From Octopus sinensis (taxonomy: Eukaryota): a stretch of DNA of 53,353 bases. Below, piece after piece: positions 14,650-27,559 of the stretch. The stretch covers positions 1-53,353 of the forward strand of contig NW_021834007.1 in NCBI RefSeq assembly GCF_006345805.1, in the 5' to 3' direction. Both the position numbers and the translations under genes were made by a program. The notes beneath the pieces are model-generated. The model did not search any database, was not told the DNA's origin, and saw nothing but the letters and a program-made list of their open reading frames with translations. The first letter of the stretch is position 1; every line of letters starts with the position of its first letter.

Positions 14650-15600
14650 ATACACACACATACTCACACACATATGCATTCACACACACATACTCACACA
14701 CACACATATATATACACATACATTCACATACACACACATACACATTCAAACATACGCACACATACACTCACACACACGCACACATACATCCACACACACA
14801 TACACACACACACATTCACACAAAGACACATGCTCACACACTCAAACACACTCACACACACACACACACACACTCACTCATACACAGTGACATACACAGA
14901 TAGATTCAAACACACACATTCACAACACAGACACACACACATTCAAACATACACATTCACACACACTCAGACAAACACAAATTCATACACACACTCACAT
15001 ACACACGCACACACACACACACTCACACACACATTCACACACGCACTCACATACACACGCACACACACTCACACGCACGCGCGCAGAAGTACAAACATAG
15101 ACATCGTATATAAACACAAGTATAAACACATACAATCGTACAGAGATACACATTCACACACACGTAGATATGTATACATACAGACATATAGACACACACA
15201 CATTAATATATGCACACACATTTGCATATACACACGCGCACACACACATAGATGTATGGACTCACACATATGCATGCATACGCACATTTATATACACACG
15301 CATATATATATATATATCTTTACACATAAACACACATATAGAAGTATACACAAAGGCACACACTTTTATATATATATACATATACACACACACAAACACA
15401 TTGCATAAGCGCACACACACATACACGCACACACTTACTTAAACATTGTCATGCACACATACAGAGACGAGGACTTAGATATGCAGATGCACACATGTGA
15501 ACATACATATATACACACAAACAAACACACAAGCACACGCACACACACACATACACATACACACACGCGCGTACACACACATACATACATACAATGACAA
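14650..15600. repeat. (CA)-rich degenerate microsatellite
   Basis: Seen directly. Confidence 0.95.
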
Positions 15601-16202
15601 GTTAGTGCAGAGAGAAAGAAAGACCAATAATTTAAAAGAAACAAATCCAAATAAAAGAAACAAGAAATTCTTAAAGTCTTTTTCCCGCTGCCCGCCCACC
15701 CGCCCCTTCCACCGCCAATAAATAAATAAATAAATACAAACAAAACAAGAACATTAATTGGATAAAGGAAGAAACTGGTGAAACAAAAAGAACCAATGAA
15801 ATGATTAGCTTTAATCACGTGATGCTATTATTGGAATGGTCTGCTATTAAGACTTTAAGCAGGACGGCTTTCTTGGAAGATTGGATTGGAAAGTTGGTTA
15901 GCTTGATTCTCTGAAGAATATTCAATAGTTTTGGATTAGACGGGATATTGGGCAGCAGGAGAGTGACGGAGGGGGGGGGACGGTGATGTGGTGGTGGTGG
16001 TAGTGGTGGTGGTCGCCGTCGTCGTCGTGGTTGTGGTTGTGGTCGTGGTGGCCATGGTGGAAGCTCTGAGTAGCAGTGGGTGTTAATGGCAAGTAGGAGG
16101 GTAGAGGATTTGAAGAGAATATTTGATTAATCAGGACGTTCGTGTGTGCGTGTGAGTAAGTGCATGTGTGTGTATGTGTGTGTGTGTAAGGGAATTTTTT
16201 AT

Positions 16203-16419
16203 ATCTTTTACTTGTTTCAGTCATTAGATTGCAGCCATGCTGGGGCACCGCCTCGAAGAATTTTAGACAAACCAATCGACCCCAGAACTTTTTTTTAAAC
16301 TGATACTTATTTTATCCATCTCTTTTACCGAAGCGCTAGTTGACAAGGACGTAAACACACCAACACCGTTTGCCAAGCGGAGTGGAGGACAAATACACAC
16401 ACAAAGACACACACACTCA

Positions 16420-16420
<1 letters not shown>
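16203..16420 (-). mobile_element. 3' half of the composite SINE
   Basis: TTTTACTTGTTTCAGTCATT...GCCATGCTGG...CGACCCCAG motif shared with 25512 and 31126. Confidence 0.7.
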
Positions 16421-16461
<41 letters not shown>

Positions 16462-17503
16462 GTATAGCAATAAGAAAATAGAGGGATCAATAGGTGGTTC
16501 ATCAACTTTTAGACATTATATCATGTTAACTTTTTTATTTCTTTACTAGACTGCTAATTACAATAATATACATACATATAACATATTATGCTTTACATAT
16601 AAGATATAATATATATATATATGTATGTCTTTCTGTCCTGGCTGCCTTCAAGTAGAGACGGCACTTTCTGTTGCTCCTTCGCCGTTCTCAAAAAATATCG
16701 TTCGTAAAAAATTTTATCTCGTTCGATTTAACAGCCCTTCTTGTTTGTGTTACTGTTATTCTCCTTGTCCTGTCTTTTACTGTTTATATTTTATATTCTC
16801 GTTACTGTCCTGTTTTTGTTACCATTTTTACCCCTCCGCAAAAAAATCTCAAATTTCATTTAATTTGATTTTCGCGGGAAGGATCGTTTCATTAAAGTCA
16901 TGTATCGCCTTGACCTTCGAAACGTGGAAGAGATGAAACAAAGGCGACTGAAGAAGGGGAATTTTCATTGTTTTGTATGTCCTGTACTCTATTTTTTCGT
17001 TGTTTAAGAAAAATATCCATTTCCTTGGTTTTGTGTTTGTTTTCGTTTCTCATTGTGTTCGACGTTTTGTTTGTGTCCTGTACCCATATATTCATGTAGA
17101 GGTAGGTACGTACATATATGTATGTATATATGCATATGCTTTATCTATTTATTAATTTATATATATATATAGTAAAGTAAATAAGATGGCTAGCAGCAGG
17201 CTGTTTCGCCTCATACCGAAGGAATTAGAAATGGCAGTCAAAGGCCGTTTTTTCCATTTCTATAAGTGGAGATTCCTTCGTTTTTGGAATCTCCACTTAT
17301 AGAAAATGGAAAAAACGGCCTTTGACTGCCATTTCTAATTCCTTCGGTATGAGGCGAAACAGCCTGCTGCTAGCCATCTTATTTACTTTATTATATACTG
17401 AATCTTACAAAGGTCCTGACAATAAATTTGTCGTATTTACATACCGAAATTTACCGGTAAATAATTGTTGGTTACATGAAAAACCACAGGAAAATTATTT
17501 ACC

Positions 17504-17543
<40 letters not shown>

Positions 17544-17699
17544 GAGCAAAACGGTCCCCATCCAATGGACGGTGCTGAGTTGTCAAACATTTAAACCAAT
17601 TTTTCTCAAAACAACTTGTCCGACCGTCCCATAGCCCCGCCTCCCTTTGAGAAACACTGATAACCTAAATTTGAGACACCAGCAAAAGAAGAAATAAAG

Positions 17700-17835
17700 A
17701 TAGACTTATTTAATCGACCCCAAAAGGATAAAGGGTAAAGCCGAACTCAGCGGAATTTGAACTCAGAACATAGCGATGGCTGAAATACCGGGAAGCATTT
17801 CACCCGCGTGCTAACGATTCTGCCAGCTCGCCACC
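17700..17835 (-). mobile_element. Diverged SINE fragment, same family as 18296
   Basis: Reverse complement of the head and GGGGTCGATTAAATAAGT body. Confidence 0.6.
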
Positions 17836-18109
17836 TTCAGCGATGTCTTGCTAACACAGGATAGAATACAATGGAAAATGTGGACCTGCATAATATTATA
17901 AAAATAAAACAGACTGGCCACAGATGGATTGTCTTTGATGAAATGTGTTTGATTAAGGCGAACAAATCTTGGGTGAAACCTTAACAATAAATATAAACTA
18001 GTGTGTTATACACTACATAATGTAATCCGATAACAGTATGCTTTAATAATAGATTGGATGGTCACGGTTGGAAAGCCTTCGGTCGTAGCTCTTTTGGATG
18101 AGAGCTAAC

Positions 18110-18765
18110 CTGGACGTCGGGTTCAACAATATTAAAAAACTGTCATGCCGTCATAGTGCTGGCTGCTTTCCAAGTCATGCCACACTTAGCAAGATCATAA
18201 AGCAAGGCCTAGATGCCACAGGTTTCCCTTCCCGGCTCAAACCAGCAGGGCTAGACCTAGGGCATGGTAAAAAGGCCGGACGGTATGACAGTTTTAAGGG
18301 CGGCGAGCTGGCAGAAACGTTAGCACTCTGGGCAAAATGCTTAGAAGTATTTCGTCTGCCGCTACGTTCTGAGTTCAAATTCCGCCGAGGTCGACTTTGC
18401 CTTTCATCCTTTCGGGGTCGATTAAATAAGTACCAGTTACACACTGGGGTCGATATAATCGACTTAATCGGTTTGTCTGTCCTTGTTTGTCCTCTCTGTG
18501 TTTAGTCCCTTGTAGGTAGTAAAGAAATAGGTATGACAGTTTTCCGGTTCCATGGCGGTAGGCCCCCGTCATCTGGACTGCCACATGTTGTGATACCTCC
18601 TCCAATGGCAACTGGATGAAGTCAGCTATTGACCCAGGCTCCGCAGCTTGTCAGACTGCGAAAAACAAGCTGTCAGGGTAGCGGTCTCTCTCCTTGCTTA
18701 CTGTTATCGTAGCAGAGATGGCTGTCCGCAAGTACGAGTCCCGTGAGTTAGTGTTGCTCTTCTAG
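18110..18765 (+). mobile_element. Decayed CRE-like non-LTR retrotransposon C-terminus (zinc knuckle plus restriction-like endonuclease), interrupted by a SINE
   Basis: LSCRHSAGCFPSHATLSKIIKQGLDATGFPSRLKPAGLD..GKRPDGMTVF..VIWTATCCDT..SAIDPGSAA, read across the SINE with frameshifts. Confidence 0.72.
18296..18529 (+). mobile_element. tRNA-derived SINE, full length, with a 14-bp target-site duplication
   Basis: A-box-like TGGCAGAAACGTTAG and B box GAGTTCAAATTCC. GGTATGACAGTTTT occurs at 18282-18295 and 18530-18543. Confidence 0.88.
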
Positions 18766-18874
18766 TGCATTCCCCTTGCTATCCTTCGGGGCAAAAACCT
18801 TTTCCATTTTGTCTGCTTGTGTCATCAGAAATGTTGAGCTATGAAAGAAGAGAGTGGTTATTGTTACACACACA

Positions 18875-18947
<73 letters not shown>

Positions 18948-19235
18948 ACACGTGAACAAGAGCAACAGTGAAAATCTGTTGTTTCTCTTTGATTTCCAAA
19001 AGTGATATTTACAAATTAAGACTTCATCTCGTACAAACTAAAAACAAAAAAATTTGCATTTCGTCCAAGGGAAATAATTAAAAACTATTTTTTATAATTA
19101 TCTCCCTTACAAATACGAACGTTACTTGAGAATTTTTTTTTAAATTTCTGGCAATGCTGCTGCTGCTTACACCTCAGCTGAACAGCATTCCAGCATTCTT
19201 GTTCACGATTACATCATTCAATATATCGCTTCATT

Positions 19236-19815
19236 AAGGCGGCGAGGTGGCAGAAACGTTAGCACGCCGGGCGAAATGCGTAGCCCTATTTCGTCTGCCG
19301 TTACGTTCTGAGTTCAAATTCCGCCGAGGTCGACTTTGCCTTTCATCATTTCTGGGTCGATAAATTAACTACCACTTACGAACTGGGGTCGATGTAATCG
19401 ACTTAATACCTATGTCTGCCCTTGTTTGTCTCCTCTGTGTTTAGCCCCTTGCGGGTAATAAAGAAATAGGTATTTCGTCTGCCGTTACATTCTGAGTTCA
19501 AATTCCGCCGAGGTCGACTTTGCCTTTCATCCTTTTGGGGTCGATAAATTAAGTACCAGTTACGCACTGGGGTCTATATAATCGACTTAATCCGTTTGTC
19601 TGTCCTTGTTTGTCCTCTCTGTGTTTAGCCCCTTGTGGGTAATAAAGAAATAGGTATTTCGTCTGGCTTTACGTTTTGAGTTCAAATTCCACCGAGATCG
19701 ACTTTGCCTTTCAGTCTTTCGGGGTCGATAAATTAAGTACCAGTTGCGTACTGGAGCCGACCTAATCGACTGACCCATTCCCCCAAAAAAATTCGGGCCT
19801 TGTGCCTAGAGTAGC
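19236..19815 (+). mobile_element. Three head-to-tail copies of the same SINE body (unit about 188 bp)
   Basis: AAAGAAATAGGTATTTCGTCTG junction seen twice; GAGTTCAAATTCC B box seen three times. Confidence 0.85.
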
Positions 19816-20260
19816 AAGGAATATATCGCTTCCTTATTAAAATAATGTGGAGAGAATGATTTCGAGGAAGATTTGGCTGCTATTATTAGCACCTCAATCA
19901 CCCATTTAGAAGTCTTCATTGTGCTCGATATGGTAGCCAAATTTTACACATACCATAAAACCTCACCACCACACCCATGGTCATAGGCTAATGTACTGTG
20001 AATCTTCACTATTCCTGAAATTAAGACAGTTTGGTCACGACTGGAACGTCTTTAGCGTTAGGTTTATTTTAATCATTCGTCATAATATTATGTAACATCA
20101 CAATATCCACTACATTCAATCTTACCCGCGTTCTTTGTGGGTTGGCATATAAACATCATTTCACCTTCTAGGTAGGAAGGTTTTGAAGGCGATTTGACTG
20201 CTCACTCAAACAGGTCAAGTAACGATAGACTTTAATACATTTGTTTAAGATACAGATATC

Positions 20261-20470
20261 TCTTTTACTTGTTTCAGGCATCTGACTGTGGCCATGCTGG
20301 AGCACCCCCTTTAGTCGAGCAAATAGACCCCAGGACTTATTCGTTGTAAGCCTAGTACTTATTCTATTGGTCCCTTTTGCTGAACCGCTAAGTTACGGGG
20401 GTGTAAACACACCAGCATCGGTTGTCAAGCGATATTGGGGGAACAAACACAGACATACAAACATATACAC
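20261..20470 (-). mobile_element. 3' half of the composite SINE
   Basis: Same TTTTACTTGTTTCAG...GACCCCAGGACTTATTC...GCCTAGTACTTATTCTAT block. Confidence 0.8.
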
Positions 20471-20502
20471 ACACGTACATATATATATATACATATACAT
20501 AC

Positions 20503-20534
<32 letters not shown>

Positions 20535-20797
20535 ATACATGTACATACCTACATATATATGTATATATACATGCATATATGGGCACAGGACATCAAAAAA
20601 TGTTGAACAAAATGAGAAACGAAAACATAAAAACGACTTTTTTTCGAACAACGAAAAAAAACAGAGAAACGAGACATACAACATAAAGAATATTCCCCTT
20701 CTTCAGTTGTCCCTGTTTCATCTACTCCACTTTTCGAATGCAAGGACAAGACGCGACTTCTTTGAAACAGTCCTTCCCGCAAAGCAAATTAAATAAA

Positions 20798-21180
20798 ACT
20801 AGCAGTATCGCCCGGCGTTGCTCGGGTTTGTTTCGACCCTTTAGAATTGGAAATTTTGAAAAGTAAAAATTTTGCATTATGTAGATTGTCATTCTCTTTA
20901 AGTGAACATTTTTCTGGTTGAAATACACCGGAAAATGGCGACACAACAGTAAAAAAATAGGGATTTTCATAGAAAAAAAAGCACCTTTTTGATGTAAATA
21001 ATTTTTGGTGTTAACATGGTCCGATTTGAATTTTTTTCTTCTACGGAATGAAGAGCAAGCCTTCTTCTATCATACTCTCAATTTTGGTCAACTTGCGCCG
21101 CAGGGTCTCGGAGGAGATAGTGTTAGTTGAAGGCTACCAAACCTGCCACACATAGACAACTTCAGCTTTATATATAAAGA
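20798..21180 (+). mobile_element. Non-autonomous Helitron/Helentron-like (HINE-type) element
   Basis: Starts ACTAGCAGTATCGCCCGGCGTTGCTCGGG and ends CAGCTTTATATATAAAGA, the terminal pattern typical of HINE-like elements. Confidence 0.6.
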
Positions 21181-21509
21181 GAGATTTGAAATTTTTTGCA
21201 GAGGGTGAAAGTGGTAACAAGAACAGGACAGTGAGGTTATATGGCACTCGATGGCGTTGAAGTGATGAATTGGCTACAGAATTAAGGCTGAGTCATGTCA
21301 ATGATGCAAGGGCAGTTGATTAAAGGGCTTGGACAAAGAACGAAGGGGTCTGTCACCAACATTTTCAATCTGCTTCACCGCTAAAGCTTCCAGGAAGATA
21401 AAAACTGCCTGGCCTTTTCGATTAAAAGAAAAGTAGCGGGGGTCGTTCTTCACTATGGACCCATCTGATAGCCAGATCCGCCCAGCATGAGGCAGTAATT
21501 GTTACTGGA

Positions 21510-21512
21510 CAC

Positions 21513-21566
<54 letters not shown>

Positions 21567-21657
21567 GGTGGTGGTGCTGGTGGTGGTGGTGGTAGTAGTA
21601 GTAGTAGTGGTGGTGGTGGTGGTGGTGGTGGTGGTGGCGGCGGCGGCGGCGGTGGTG

Positions 21658-21717
<60 letters not shown>

Positions 21718-21860
21718 GTGGTGGTAGTAGTAGTAGTAGTGGTGGTGGTGGTGGTGGTAATGGTGGTGGTGGTGGTAATGGTGGTGGTGGTGGTCGTGGT
21801 GGTCGTGGTGGTCGTGGTAGTAGTAGTAGTAGTAGTAGTGTTACTGCAGTTGTTGTTGCT
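21510..21860. repeat. (GTA/GTG/GCG)n trinucleotide array
   Basis: Seen directly. Confidence 0.95.
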
Positions 21861-22564
21861 GTTTAGTTCTAGGTCAGCCCCCCCCCCCTCCGCTTCCTCA
21901 GAAAACGAACCTCTGTCCAAAACCCTCCTTTCTTATTTCTGCACAATGTATCTCCGACCACATCATCCATTTTGTCCATCTGCATTTTATTTATTTATTT
22001 TATTCTATTCTTAAGACAGTTAAACATGATCTGAAAAAGATTATTTGGCTGCTATTTCTTGCTGCTCAATGAACCACTTTGAGGATCCCCTAACATTAAT
22101 TCGCATTACTTAAGCAATTTAACTGCTATTTCTAGCAGATCAAATAGACTCGCCTCGTTAACTTGATGCAGTTATTCCCCTTCGTTCTCTTTTCCATTTC
22201 ATCGCCTTCCGTCGTTTCGTACTTTAAAAAAAGGTATTTTATATTTTAATTTCAATTTTTTCTTCTTTTTATCAATATTTTGGACGTTAAAACAAATATC
22301 AACCTCGGTTGTAATCTAATTATGAGTACATATATATTCATTTACCTGTGTACATATATATTCATTCTTTGCCGTGTGTAATGTTGTAGTAAACAGCTCC
22401 ACGTGGGAGCCTCTATGTAGTCGCTCCACGTGCTAGAAATAGCAGCTAAATCTCCCTTGAACTTTTTGCTTGTCCTGTGTATCATACGTGAAGCACAGGA
22501 TTTATATATTAGAGACATTGTTTTATAAAACTAATTGTAGTGTAGATTTGTCTTAACGCTTAGC

Positions 22565-22774
22565 CTGTCCTGAGGTTGGAGGCGCAATGGCCCGGTGGTT
22601 AGGGCAGTGGATTCGTGTGTTTATTGAGCGAAAACACCTAAAAGAGCTCCACGAGGCGACCCCTGTTGTACTCTTTCTCTCACTCTCTCTCTCTCTTCCT
22701 GATTCTTGAGTAACTCTGCGATGGACTGGCGTCCCGTCCAGCTGGGGGGAACACATACGCCACAGAAACCGGGA
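22565..22774 (+). mobile_element. tRNA-derived SINE truncated at a MITE-like element
   Basis: GGCGCAATGGCCCGGTGGTTAGGGCAG head and GATGGACTGGCGTCCCGTCCAG body. Confidence 0.7.
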
Positions 22775-23089
22775 TGGCGATCTTACGGTATATGTACCGG
22801 TGTACATCCGGAAGTACCGGATACATTTCAAAAAAGTGTTGTTTTTTTTTATATATATGGAAGGTTAGAGTTAGGGTTATGGTTAGGGTATGTGGCGATG
22901 CTTCGGTATATGTACACACGTAACTTTATTTGCATTTCTGAAGATAACAGAAACCCTTTTCTCCCACCCCTAACACAAACCCTAACCCTAACAGAAACCC
23001 TAACCCCCCATATATAAAAAAAAAACACTTTTTTTAAATGTATCCGGTACTTCCGGAGGTACACCGGTACATATACCGTAAGATCGCCA
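22775..23089. mobile_element. 315-bp MITE-like element with ~85-bp terminal inverted repeats and telomere-like subterminal repeats
   Basis: TGGCGATCTTACGGTATATGTACCGGTGTAC... and ...GTACACCGGTACATATACCGTAAGATCGCCA. GTTAGGGTT units lie inside the left arm and AACCCTAAC units inside the right. Confidence 0.8.
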
Positions 23090-23639
23090 AATCTCCCTTA
23101 AACCACACTGTATCGCCTCAAAAAGGAAAAAAATTCAGATATATTGGTTGATGTGACTCTGGGTTCCGGAGACACTGGGGAAAAAAGCAGGAAGATCTTG
23201 GATTTAAAGTCTTTCGTTATAGCCATGCTTTTACATATTTCCCAAGCAAGACGAAACGATTCTAGAGTAAATTGAAAACCCGGAGTGGTAATGACGAAAC
23301 GTACCTAGTTTCTGTATATGCTGCTTCACTTCTTCTTATTTATTTTTATGTATATACACTACCAAAGGAAACTTTACTATTACTTTTACTAATGTTTCTA
23401 CAACCAAATATAATATTTGAGAATGACACGAAGGCGTTCCAACCATGATCATCATGTCACAATACATGTTTTTTTAATTCGTTCGATAAAAGTTTCAGTG
23501 TATTTTCATACTGGAATGATTTTAAACATTAATTTAAATGATATGTCTTTTTATCTTTTACTCGCTTCAGTCAAACTTCGACCATGCTGGAGCACCGACT
23601 TCAATTTTTTTAGTTGAATAAATCAACCCCAGTACTGGT

Positions 23640-24480
23640 ACATACATGCATACATACATACATACATACATACATACATACATACATACATACATACATA
23701 CATACATACATACATACATACATACATACATACATAACATACATACATACACACACACATACATACATACATACACACATACATACACACATACATACAC
23801 ATACATACATACACACACATACATGCATACACACACATACATGCATACACACACATATACACACACACAAACATACATACACATTCATACATACATACAC
23901 ACACATGCATACATACACACATACACACACACACATTCATACATACATACATAAATACATACATACATACACACATACATACATAGACACATACATACAT
24001 ACATACATATACATACATACATACATACATACATACATACACACATACATACATACACACATACACACATACATACACACACATACATATATACATACAT
24101 ACATACATACACACATACATACATACATACACACACACATACATATATACATACATACATACACACATACATACATACATACATACATACATACACACAC
24201 ACATACATATATACATACATACATACATACATGCATGCATATACAGACATGCATACAGACATCCATATATATATACATGCACATACATACATACATGCAT
24301 ACATACATATTCATACACACACAACACACATGCATACATACACACACACATAAATACTACATTCATACATACATGCATTAATGTATACATACTCACACAC
24401 ATACACACACACACACACATTCACACATACACATTCACACACACACACATACATTCACACACAAACACACACACACATGT
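23640..24480. repeat. (ACAT/AC)n microsatellite
   Basis: Seen directly. Confidence 0.95.
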
Positions 24481-24964
24481 ACATCATTGTTTTATCATTT
24501 TTACCATTTTACTCTCCATTTTCCCATGAGTGGAATTTGTTGAGGCTGGATTTCTTTAGCCAGATGGCCTTCCTGTCACCATATTTGTATGCGCATGTGT
24601 GTATGTACATGATGGGCTTCCACACAATTTCCATCTACCAAATTTAATCTCTAGACATTATTCAGTCAAAGACAACAGTAGAATGCAGTTTGGCCACGGT
24701 GCCACTCTGTGGGACTAAACCCAAAACCTCGAAGTGAAAACAAAAGCATCTCAATCATAGCCATGCCATTTATTATTTTTTCAATACGATCATTTGTGTT
24801 TTTATTTAACCCTAGGTTTGCTCTGAACCGGGTGGTGTAAGGTGGGGGCCACATAGTCACCGGATGCTGGTTGGGTGAGCACCATACCAGGCTAAAACTT
24901 CCAAAGAGTGACGCAAACCCCAAGCCCTACTTTGACCCCCTCATGGCACCACCTTGATCTAAAC

Positions 24965-25030
24965 CAGGGCTGGCCAACCTGAGGCCCACGGGCTGCATGC
25001 GGCCCACGGGCTGCATGCGGCCCACAGACT
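24965..25030 (+). mobile_element. Left end of a hAT (Charlie-type) non-autonomous element, truncated
   Basis: CAGGGCTGGCCAACCTGAGGCCCACGGGCTGCATGCGGCCC preceded by ATCTAAAC, which fits the NTCTARAN target; no right end seen. Confidence 0.55.
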
Positions 25031-25057
25031 TTTATCTTGCAACCCACTTGATACTTT

Positions 25058-25404
25058 ATTTACATTATTTACATTTCATGGATATTTGTCCTCATCTTGT
25101 TTGTGGTGAACACAATGGTTTGGATGATATACCCTCCAGCCTTCATCAAAAAAATACCTTAGGAATGAGAACCCACGTTCGAAATTTCGCAAAGACACCT
25201 GATGAAGGCTGATATACCCTCCAGGCTTCATCGGAAAAATTCCTTAGGAATGAGAACCCAGGTTCGAAATTTCCCCAAGACATCTGATGAAGGGAGAGGG
25301 TATATCAGCCGAATCATTGTATTAACAACAAACAAGAAGACGACAAATATCTGTCAAATGTAAATATTGTACATAATTCCTCATCTCTTAAATATAGAAC
25401 TGTA
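25058..25404. mobile_element. Penelope/retrozyme-like insertion with an inverted 5' copy and degenerate hammerhead motifs
   Basis: Flanked by a 14-bp direct repeat CCACTTGATACTTT (25044-25057 and 25405-25418). CTGATGA occurs at about 25199 and 25285. The 5' ~90 nt are the reverse complement of the 3' part. Confidence 0.55.
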
Positions 25405-25511
25405 CCACTTGATACTTTCGTCAAGTATTGTGTTTAATTTCAAAATTAAATTGTTTGTATAAAACATTTGCTTCAAAATAATTTTAAGATTTATAAGTGG
25501 CAATAAACCAA

Positions 25512-25938
25512 TACTCTTTACACTTTTACTCTTTTACTTGTTTCAGTCATTTGACTGTGGCCATGCTGGAGCACCGCCTTTTTAGTCAAACAAAGTGACC
25601 CCAGGACTTATTCTTTGTAAGCCTAGTACTTATTCTATCAGTGTTTTTTGCCGAACTGCTAAGTTACAGAGACATAAACACACCAGCATCGGTTGTCGAG
25701 CGATGTTGGGGGGGACAAACACTAACACATAAACACACACACATACATACATACATATATATATATATATACATATATACGACGGGCTTTCAGTTTCCGT
25801 CTACCAAATCCACTCACAAGGCTTTGGTCGGCCCGAGGCTATAGTAGAAGACACTTTCCCAAGGTGCCATGCACTGGGAATGAACCCAGAACCATGTGGT
25901 TGGTAAGCAAGCTACTTACCACACAGCCACTCCTAGCG
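25512..25938 (-). mobile_element. Full-length composite SINE
   Basis: Reverse complement of the 34253-34667 element. Confidence 0.88.
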
Positions 25939-26439
25939 TAGCATACAATTTTATAATTTTAAACAAACGAAAAGTACGAAAAATTCTTGATTCTGTAATT
26001 TGATTATTTGACTCTTAGTGCATAACTGGTGTTTGTGATGATGATGATGGTGATGAATGTACCAGTGGTGGTGGTGGTGGTGGTGATGGTGGTGGTGGCG
26101 GTGGCGGTGGTGATGGTGGTGGTGGTGGTGGTGGTAGCAGTTTCAGTTATATATTGGTGTCAATACTCCACAGTGGGGACGGCAGAAATTGGTGGTGGTT
26201 TTGGTTACATAATGAAACTGATACAGGTTTGGTTGCGAGAGGGGCAATAAATGGTGACATCGATGGTTGAGGCTGTGGTGGTGGTATTAATGTTCACACT
26301 ACTGGTTGCTGCCCTGATGAAGGTGGTGGTGGTGGTGGTGGCGGCAGCGGCAGCAGCTGCAGCAGCAGCAAATCTAGTTCTGCAATGAAGCCAATATATT
26401 GGGGTCACAGCAAGATACGTTCAAATGAATGTTGAAGAA

Positions 26440-26482
<43 letters not shown>

Positions 26483-26499
26483 GTTATAGTAATCATCAT

Positions 26500-26920
26500 C
26501 ATCATCGTTTAACGTCCGTTTTCCATGCTAGCATGGGTTGGACGGTTCAAATGGGGTCTGGGAAGCCAGAAGGCTGCACCAGGTCCAGTCTGATCTGGCA
26601 GTGTTTCTACGGCTAGATGCCCTTCCTAACGCCAACCACTCCGTGAGTGTAGTGGGTGCTTTTTATGTGCCACCTGCACAGGTGCCAGACGGGGCTGGCA
26701 AACGGCCACGATCGGATGGTGCTTTTTACGTGCCACCGGCACGGAGACCAGTCGGAGTGGCGCTAGCAATGGTCACGTTCGGATGGTTCTCTTACGTGCC
26801 ACTGGCACTGGTATCTCAGCTACAATTTCCATTGATGTTGAAAGATTTCGATTTCAATTTCAATTTTCACTTGCCTCTACAGGTCTTCACAAGTAGGGTT
26901 TCTGTCACAAGAAGGAAATA
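26500..26920 (-). mobile_element. Retroposon with an RTE-like 3' tail and (GAT)n end
   Basis: CATCATCGTTTAACGTCCG...GATGCCCTTCCTAACGCCAACCAC, shared with 28710, 42085, 44925 and 48150. Confidence 0.7.
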
Positions 26921-26933
26921 ATAATAATAATAA

Positions 26934-26983
<50 letters not shown>

Positions 26984-27559
26984 ATTTGTCTTGGTATAAA
27001 AGATGGGCTAGAGCAAATATTTGGCTCAATACCACAGTTTTGCTTGTCAGTTGTTTGACCTTAACCAGTTGAGCATGTCCCTTAGTGGCTGACGATATGT
27101 GCATCTATGATCACGAACAGAAGTAGTGGGGGAGCATCATAGCCATGTGTTGAGAGGGATTCTTTGGGGTTTGAATAAGTCACCTCTGGAAACATGGGTG
27201 TTTAGTTCAATATCCTTAAACAACCCTTATTCAGGGACCTTTTGAGCAGGATGGGTTACTCGACCTGAAGAAAATTCTAACTGGGCCCCATCTGCAAGGT
27301 CATGTGCTGTTTATCTTGATATGAGATCACCATGTCGCGCACATATGGTCGTGATGCATGTGCCTAGTGTACCCTTATCAGACGGGTAGTCATGATGGGT
27401 ATACTGGGCTTCATATATTTTACCCCTGTGTCACTTTGATGGCATGCACTGCTCTCTCACTCAATAATAATAATCAGACAAAAATTATGCCTCCTCATTG
27501 ATGTTACTGTCCCAGTCGATATAAGCGGTTCTGTCAAGACCTACCAAAAACTGAGCAAG

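Noticed and set aside
14470-15442. 312-aa HT-repeat ORF
   Set aside because: Translation of (CA)n-type repeats.
21250-21500. About 65 open codons on the minus strand and a TGAGTCA AP-1-like site
   Set aside because: No start codon, splice signals or family resemblance, and a single 7-mer is expected by chance.
21453-22014. Poly-V and poly-T ORFs
   Set aside because: (GTA/GTG)n array.
23567-24420. Overlapping 100-265 aa HTYI/MYVC ORFs
   Set aside because: (ACAT)n microsatellite.
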